Assembly (NCBI RefSeq): GCF_003214255.1
Contig: NZ_CP029011.1
Span: 150,001 to 182,000 of the forward strand
Source: Candidatus Karelsulcia muelleri
Lineage (GTDB): Bacteria > Bacteroidota > Bacteroidia > Flavobacteriales > Blattabacteriaceae
DNA: 32,000 nt
Direction of reading: 5' to 3'
The notes beneath the pieces were generated by a model. The model had not been told where the DNA came from. It saw nothing but the letters and a program-made list of their open reading frames with translations, and ran no database searches. Within the stretch, counting starts at the first letter, position 1; every line of letters begins with the position of its first letter. The position numbers and the translations under genes were made by a program. Below are positions 26,354-32,000 of this stretch, in pieces.

Positions 26354-28048
26354 ATGTTTTCTAAACAGATATTTTCTCTGTTTTTTTTTTTATTAAATTT
26401 TTGTTATTCTTCTTTAAAAGAACCAGAAAAACAAATTTTAAATGATCATGCTAAAAAATTTGGTACAGTCTTAGTCCAAGCTAAAGATGGAAGAATTAAA
26501 CCAATGAATACTTTAGCTTTAGAATTATTAATAAAAATTTATAAAAAAAATTCTCTTTTAAATTTAGATGCTAATAATTGGTTAATTTCATTTTATCAAA
26601 ATCCTAATTTTTGGTTGAGATATCCTTTTATTAAAATTAATAAAAAAGGAGGAAAAGAGTTATTTAACAAATTAAAAGTTAATAATTTTGGATATACTTC
26701 TTTAATGAATTTTTATAAATTTAATTCCAAATTAAAAAAATTTGAATTAATTTTTGAAAAAGATTTTCAATCTGCTTTTTCCAAAAATCCTTTTGAAAGA
26801 AATAGTTATGAAAAAGAATTAATTAATTTAATTGAAAAAATTAATATATTTTATAAAATTTTAAAAGGTGATTATATTAAGATTTTTCCTCATTCTAAAT
26901 TAGAAAAAAAAAATTTTACTTGGAAATCTTGGATAAAAAAAAAAAATATTTTATATAATAAATATATTTCTTCTTTGTTTTTTTCTAAAAAAAAAAATAA
27001 ATGGGAAAAATCTAATAAAATATTAGATGATATTATTGGTTTTCAACAAAAAAAGGGGATTCTTCCTTCTGATAAACGAATTAAATTAGAATTAATTTAT
27101 AATAAATTAAACATTAATTGTTTTTTAATGGTTGGTTATTCCTTCTTAGGAATAATAATTCTTTTTTTTGCTTTTATAAAAAATTTTTCTTATAAAAAAA
27201 TAAATTTTTTTTTTAAAAAAAATTTATTGAGATTAATTAATCTATTTTTTATCTATCATACATTAGGATTAATTATACGTTGGTATATTTCTTTTCATGC
27301 TCCTTGGAGTAACGAATATGAATCACTTATTTTTATAAGTTGGTGTATTTTATTTTCAGGAATTTTAATTTCAAAGAATCGGAATTTAATTATTCCAGGA
27401 CTTTCTTGTTTAGTAGCAAGTATTATATTATATATAGCATATATTAATTTAATTAATCCTGAAATAACTAATTTAGTACCTGTTCTTAAATCTTATTGGT
27501 TAGTTATACATGTAACTATTATAACCTCAAGTTATGGTTTTTTATGTGTTAGTTCTTTAATAGGATTATTAGTAATCATTATTTTTATTATAAATAAATT
27601 TTTATTAAAAAAAAATATAAAATTAATAATTTCTGATTTAACGATAATTAATGAATTATCGATGATAATTGGTCTTTTTCTTCTAACAATAGGAACTTTC
27701 TTAGGTGCTATTTGGGCAAATGAAAGTTGGGGAAGTTATTGGAATTGGGATCCAAAAGAAACCTGGGCTTTAATTAGTATTTTAATTTATGTTTTAATTT
27801 TACATATGAGATTAATTCCTTTTTTTAAAGGAAAATATATATTTAATATTTTTAGTTTTTTATCAATTATTTCTATAATAATAACTTATTTTGGAGTTAA
27901 TTATTATTTTGCAGGATTACATTCTTATGCTAAAGGAGAAAATTTAAATTTTTTTTTCACCGAAAGGTGCTATAAATTATTAATTATTATTATTATTATT
28001 ATTTATATTATTTATAAACAAAATCAAAATAAAAAAAAAAGTAAATAA
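26354..28048 (+). CDS. ccsA: System II cytochrome c biogenesis protein CcsA (heme-handling WWD protein)
   Basis: 564 aa. The WWD domain is WANESWGSYWNWDPKETWALISIL. Multiple TM helices carry conserved His residues (WLVIHV, LHSYA). Confidence 0.9.
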   Translation: MFSKQIFSLFFFLLNFCYSSLKEPEKQILNDHAKKFGTVLVQAKDGRIKPMNTLALELLIKIYKKNSLLNLDANNWLISFYQNPNFWLRYPFIKINKKGGKELFNKLKVNNFGYTSLMNFYKFNSKLKKFELIFEKDFQSAFSKNPFERNSYEKELINLIEKINIFYKILKGDYIKIFPHSKLEKKNFTWKSWIKKKNILYNKYISSLFFSKKKNKWEKSNKILDDIIGFQQKKGILPSDKRIKLELIYNKLNINCFLMVGYSFLGIIILFFAFIKNFSYKKINFFFKKNLLRLINLFFIYHTLGLIIRWYISFHAPWSNEYESLIFISWCILFSGILISKNRNLIIPGLSCLVASIILYIAYINLINPEITNLVPVLKSYWLVIHVTIITSSYGFLCVSSLIGLLVIIIFIINKFLLKKNIKLIISDLTIINELSMIIGLFLLTIGTFLGAIWANESWGSYWNWDPKETWALISILIYVLILHMRLIPFFKGKYIFNIFSFLSIISIIITYFGVNYYFAGLHSYAKGENLNFFFTERCYKLLIIIIIIIYIIYKQNQNKKKSK

Positions 28049-28056
28049 AATTTATT

Positions 28057-28197
28057 ATGACTTATATAATTTTATATATAGAAATTATTTTTAATTTAAT
28101 ATTATTAAATATTAATCTTTATGGAAGATATTTAAATGTATTATTTATTATAATAGGAATTATATTTATAATATATGGAATAATAATAATTTTTTAA
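28057..28197 (+). CDS. Hypothetical 46-aa two-helix hydrophobic peptide (weak candidate)
   Basis: Hand translation gives MTYIILYIEIIFNLILLNINLYGRYLNVLFIIIGIIFIIYGIIIIF followed by a stop. It fills almost the entire 151-nt ccsA-bamA gap. I recognise no homology, and AT-rich sequence readily yields I/L/F/Y-rich ORFs. Confidence 0.25.
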   Translation: MTYIILYIEIIFNLILLNINLYGRYLNVLFIIIGIIFIIYGIIIIF

Positions 28198-28199
28198 AA

Positions 28200-30494
28200 T
28201 TATAATTCGTTGCCTATGGCAAAGTTTACTTTCCAGTTTGGCTTAACATTATCAAGAGTTTTATCCAATCTATATGTTAGATCAAATTCTAATAACCCAA
28301 TATTATTAATAAAACATCTAATTCCAGTTCCTATAGAACGTTTTAATTTAAATGGATTAAAGTTTTTATAACTATCAAATATATTTCCAGCTTCAAAAAA
28401 ATTTAAAATCCATAATTTAAAATAATTTTTCTCAAAAATTAAATATCTTAATTCTGTTAAAATTTTTTCATAAAAAGAACCTCCATTTTTAGGGGAAATT
28501 ACTCCATATAATTTATTAGGTTCATAATACCCCCTTAAAGGAATAAAATTTTTTTTATTTAAATTTTCTTTTTGAAAACTTGTACCTCCCATATAAAATT
28601 GTTTAAAATCATCGTTTTTATTTGAATTATGTAATACTCCAAATTCATATCCAATTTTGGATATTAATTTTTTAAATATTTTTTTATACCAAAAACTTTT
28701 CATTTGAAATTTAAAATATTCAAATTTATTGGTTTTCAATTTTTTTAATGATTTGGGTAATTCCAAAAATGAATTGATATTTACATATCCTCCTTTTTGA
28801 GGGAAAATAATATCTGGACTAATTGAATTATGATTAAATATTAATTGAGAATTACAATCTTTATATAGATTACTTTTTTCAGAAAAAGATAATGTTTTAT
28901 CTTTGTATATTTTGTTTTTATTAATATAATTTATATTAAATAATAAATTATTATTTTCATTAATTTTTTTATTTAATTCAATAGTAGATTTGAATTTATT
29001 TATTTTATAATTATCATTATTTTCTAAATTTCTAAAATTTAGATCATGTGATTCTTTTGGAAGCTCATTTTTATAAAAAAAGTTAAATTTCATACTACTA
29101 GAATCAGTTAAATTTGGATGGATAAAAGAAACATTATATTTTTTTAGCTTTTTTCCTATTGTAAAATCCAATAATACTTTTTGATTATCCCCATAAGGAA
29201 TAATTTTTAAATTTTTTGGGTGGAAACAATTCAATAAAGAAAAATTATTTATATTTAATGAAATTTCTCCTAATAAATCTTTACCTTGAAAATTTCCTTT
29301 GAATTTTAATTCGCTATTTATGTTTTCATAAACCACAAAATTAAGATCTAAAGTATTCTTTTTATAATTTGGAACTATTTGCATTTGCATTTGAACATTG
29401 TAAAATAAATTCAGATTTTTTAAATTTGTTATTGATTTTTCAATTTCTTTTTTAGAAAAGAAATTTCCTGGTATAGTTGTTAATTCTCTGAATATGATTT
29501 CATCTTTAACTTGGTTATTACCAATAATATTAACTTTGTTAATAGTTATTTTTTCATTTTCTTCTATAATAATTATAACATCAATTAAATTATCTTCTTT
29601 TTCAGATTCAAAAATAGAAATTTTAGAAAATGCATATCCTTTATTTAAATAAAAGTCCACAATACGCTGAATAGAATTTTTAATTTCTATTAGATTATAA
29701 AAATCCCCTTCCTTTAAATTTAAAGCCAATTTTTTTTTTAAAATTTCATCATTGAAATTTTTATTGCCATTAAAGGATAATTTAGAAAATTTATATTTAT
29801 TTCCTTCAATAAATTTTAAATTTATTGAATAATATTTAGAATTTATTTTCTTAAATTCTTCTGAAGAAATTTTAAATTTTTTAAATCCATTTTTTTTATA
29901 TTCCATAATAATTTTTTTCTTATATTCTTCATAAGAAGGATAACTCATTTTGTAATGAGGTTTCATTTTATTTAGTTGTTTTTCAGAAAAAAAATTATTT
30001 CCTTCAAATGAAATATTTTTTATTGTCATCAATTTTCCTTTATTAATAGAAATAATTAATTTTATTTTAGATTGTGATTGATTTTTAATTTTCAAATACA
30101 ATAAAATCTCCCTATATCCTTTTATATTAAAATAATTTTTAATAAAAATTTTTAAACTTTCAAGAAAATCAGAACTATCTGTTGTAGGGTGGTTAGTAAG
30201 TTCCCAGAAATAAATAATTTCATTTATTTCTTCTTTTGAAATCCCCTCAAATTGGATTTGATCAATTTTTTCAAATTTGATTTTTTCAAATTGGATTTGA
30301 TCCATTTTTTTTTTTAATTCTAAATTACTTTTTTTATCTTTAATAATATTTTTTTCTTGACATGCCAGTTTTTCATTAAAAAAAAATCTCAAAAAAAATA
30401 GAAACAAAAAAACCAATATTATTAAATAATGCCTTGGAATTGCAAATGCAAATTTCAATTTGTTCCAAATTTTTTTTTTATATATATTTAACAT
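28200..30494 (-). CDS. bamA: Outer membrane protein assembly factor BamA (Omp85)
   Basis: 764 aa. An N-terminal signal/TM segment is followed by repeated POTRA-like units (I.FEGN..F…L, V.I.GN…) and a C-terminal beta-barrel ending …NWKVNFAIGNEL. The exact start is uncertain. Confidence 0.9.
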   Translation of the reverse strand: MLNIYKKKIWNKLKFAFAIPRHYLIILVFLFLFFLRFFFNEKLACQEKNIIKDKKSNLELKKKMDQIQFEKIKFEKIDQIQFEGISKEEINEIIYFWELTNHPTTDSSDFLESLKIFIKNYFNIKGYREILLYLKIKNQSQSKIKLIISINKGKLMTIKNISFEGNNFFSEKQLNKMKPHYKMSYPSYEEYKKKIIMEYKKNGFKKFKISSEEFKKINSKYYSINLKFIEGNKYKFSKLSFNGNKNFNDEILKKKLALNLKEGDFYNLIEIKNSIQRIVDFYLNKGYAFSKISIFESEKEDNLIDVIIIIEENEKITINKVNIIGNNQVKDEIIFRELTTIPGNFFSKKEIEKSITNLKNLNLFYNVQMQMQIVPNYKKNTLDLNFVVYENINSELKFKGNFQGKDLLGEISLNINNFSLLNCFHPKNLKIIPYGDNQKVLLDFTIGKKLKKYNVSFIHPNLTDSSSMKFNFFYKNELPKESHDLNFRNLENNDNYKINKFKSTIELNKKINENNNLLFNINYINKNKIYKDKTLSFSEKSNLYKDCNSQLIFNHNSISPDIIFPQKGGYVNINSFLELPKSLKKLKTNKFEYFKFQMKSFWYKKIFKKLISKIGYEFGVLHNSNKNDDFKQFYMGGTSFQKENLNKKNFIPLRGYYEPNKLYGVISPKNGGSFYEKILTELRYLIFEKNYFKLWILNFFEAGNIFDSYKNFNPFKLKRSIGTGIRCFINNIGLLEFDLTYRLDKTLDNVKPNWKVNFAIGNEL

Positions 30495-30555
30495 AAAATT
30501 TATTTGTTTTCTCTATATCTATATATATAATAAAAATAATAAAAAAAAATACTTT

Positions 30556-31110
30556 ATGAAAGAATTATTAATTTTAATTAATGGTTTAAAATCAGAAATA
30601 AAAAACAAAATTTTGGGGTTCAAACAAAAATTATTCCAAATTAGAATTGGAAAAATTAATGAATCTATTTTAGATGATGTTACAATTGATTTGTATGGAA
30701 AAAAAGTTCAGATAAAAACTATCTCTAATATTTCTATATTAGATGCAAGAACTTTATTAATTACACCTTGGGAAGAGAAAAATATAAATATTCTTTATAA
30801 AGCTTTATTAAAAAATAGTATTCTTTATACTCCATATAAAACTGGAAAAGTATTAAAATTAAAAATGGCTCAACTAACAGAAGAAACTAGAAAAGAATTA
30901 ATAAAAAAAATTAATTTTATTTTAGAAATATTTAAAATAAATTTAAGAAAATTAAGAAAAAAAACTATAAAAAAATTAAACAAAATAAATTCATTAGAAA
31001 AAGATTGTTTAAAAAAAAACAAAATAGAGATACAAAATATAATTAATGATTGTATCAATTATATGAAAATTATTTCTAATAGAAAAAAAAAAGAAATACT
31101 AACTATATAA
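30556..31110 (+). CDS. frr: Ribosome recycling factor
   Basis: The sequence from Met 30556 (MKELLILINGLKSEIKN…FQIRIGKINESILDDVTIDLYGKKVQIKTISNISILDARTLLITPWE…) matches the RRF layout at 184 aa. The listed start at 30460 adds 32 junk-like residues and overlaps the bamA 5' end. Confidence 0.9.
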   Translation: MKELLILINGLKSEIKNKILGFKQKLFQIRIGKINESILDDVTIDLYGKKVQIKTISNISILDARTLLITPWEEKNINILYKALLKNSILYTPYKTGKVLKLKMAQLTEETRKELIKKINFILEIFKINLRKLRKKTIKKLNKINSLEKDCLKKNKIEIQNIINDCINYMKIISNRKKKEILTI

Positions 31111-31111
31111 T

Positions 31112-32000
31112 ATGAAAAAAAAAATTCAATGTTTTAATTCAATTAAAGAATTAATTTTTAATTATAAATTTTTTATATCAAAAGAAATTAAGATAAAAGG
31201 TTGGGTAAAACATTTTCGTTATAATTGTTTTATTATTATAAATGATGGATCGACAATTAACAATTTACAAATTTTTATTGATAAAAAATTTTCTTCACTT
31301 GTTAAAAAAATTAATATTGGAATTTCAATAGAAGTTATAGGAGTTTTGGTTTTAAGCCAAGGCAAAGAACAAAATATAGAAATATATGCTAATAAAATAA
31401 AAATTATTGGAAAATTTTCTCCTGAGGAGCTTCAAAAGACAATTTTACAACCTAAAACCCATAGTTTTAAAAAATTAAGAGAACAAGCCTATTTAAGATT
31501 TAGAACAAGTATATTTAGTTCAATTTTGAGAATTCGTCATAATATTTCTTTTTCAATACATAAATTTTTTTTTAAAAAAAATTTTATTTATATTAATACT
31601 CCGATAATAACAACTTATGATTCTGAAGGAGCAGGAGAGATGTTTAGAGTAACAAATTTTGATTTAAAAAAAATTCCTTTAAATGAAAAAGGAGAATTAA
31701 ATAATAATTTAGATTTTTTTGGAACTTCTACATATTTAACAGTATCTGGACAATTGCAAGGAGAAGCTGCAGCTTCAGGGTTAGGAAAAATTTATACATT
31801 TGGGCCTACTTTTCGTGCAGAAAAATCTAATACTTTTAGACATTTATCTGAATTTTGGATGATAGAACCTGAAATGTCATTTTATAAATTAGTTCAGAAT
31901 ATGAATTTTGCCGAAAAGTTATTAAAATATGTTATTAAATTTGTAATTAATAATTCTTATGAAGATTTATTTTTTCTTGAAAAAAAAAACAAAAGAAAAA
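31112..32000 (+). CDS. asnS: Asparagine--tRNA ligase; the 3' end lies outside the window
   Basis: Hand translation from ATG 31112 gives an OB-fold N-terminus (KGWVKHFRYNCFIIINDGS), then class II motifs INTPIITTYDSEGAGEMFRV and FGPTFRAEKSNTFRHLSEFWMIEPEM. It is open to the window edge, so it is absent from the ORF track. Confidence 0.93.
   Translation, partial: MKKKIQCFNSIKELIFNYKFFISKEIKIKGWVKHFRYNCFIIINDGSTINNLQIFIDKKFSSLVKKINIGISIEVIGVLVLSQGKEQNIEIYANKIKIIGKFSPEELQKTILQPKTHSFKKLREQAYLRFRTSIFSSILRIRHNISFSIHKFFFKKNFIYINTPIITTYDSEGAGEMFRVTNFDLKKIPLNEKGELNNNLDFFGTSTYLTVSGQLQGEAAASGLGKIYTFGPTFRAEKSNTFRHLSEFWMIEPEMSFYKLVQNMNFAEKLLKYVIKFVINNSYEDLFFLEKKNKRK

Noticed and set aside
30460-30555. Listed frr start at 30460, adding MFQIFFLYIFNIKFICFLYIYIYNKNNKKKYF
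   Set aside because: The extension overlaps the bamA 5' end, is junk-like, and is absent from RRF proteins. Met 30556 gives a canonical RRF of about 184 aa.
1-32000. Search for a novel defence, toxin, secretion or biosynthetic island
   Set aside because: Every ORF longer than 100 aa has a clear housekeeping assignment. There are no unexplained multi-gene blocks, compositional shifts, integrases, or tRNA-flanked insertions with direct repeats. The window looks like ordinary core genome of a reduced endosymbiont.

Overview
This window is gene-dense (few intergenic gaps exceed about 60 nt) and extremely AT-rich, roughly 20% GC by eye (not computed). Its content and synteny fit the core chromosome of a genome-reduced Flavobacteriales (Bacteroidota) obligate insect endosymbiont, Blattabacterium- or Sulcia-like. 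That assignment is an inference from protein families typical of the group: a fused CcoN/O cbb3 oxidase, a CcsB/CcsA system II cytochrome c maturation pair, a bifunctional ThrA, and a bS22-like micro-ORF.

I can support 30 protein genes plus one weak micro-ORF candidate, and 5 tRNAs:
- Translation: rplS, rpmH, frr, glyQS, trpS, asnS, a bS22-like ORF, der, an MtaB-like enzyme.
- Secretion, envelope and chaperone: secA, bamA, htpG.
- Threonine biosynthesis: thrA-thrB-thrC.
- Respiration: a cbb3 oxidase block (ccoI-ccoS-ccoNO-ccoP-ccoH plus a DsbD_2/TauE-like gene), ccsB/ccsA, menA, a ferredoxin, sucD, lipA.

I found no mobile element, CRISPR array, toxin or defence island, or foreign-looking block, and I do not think the window holds a novel multi-gene system.

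The points worth a second look are reductive-evolution oddities:
- The ccoI reading frame is open about 180 codons upstream of the ORF-track start but has no in-frame ATG. The only nearby ATG is out of frame inside a G5A8 run.
- A 68-bp homopurine, GA-repeat tract is read in two frames as the CcoS tail and the CcoNO head.
- A single in-frame TAA separates ccsB from ccsA.
- Two ribosomal micro-ORFs are missed by the ORF track (rpmH and a 30-aa bS22-like gene).
- A perfect 4 x 18-bp in-frame tandem repeat lies in a CPBP protease gene.
- An A17 homopolymer lies inside sucD.
- tRNAs are packed 1-5 nt from neighbouring genes.
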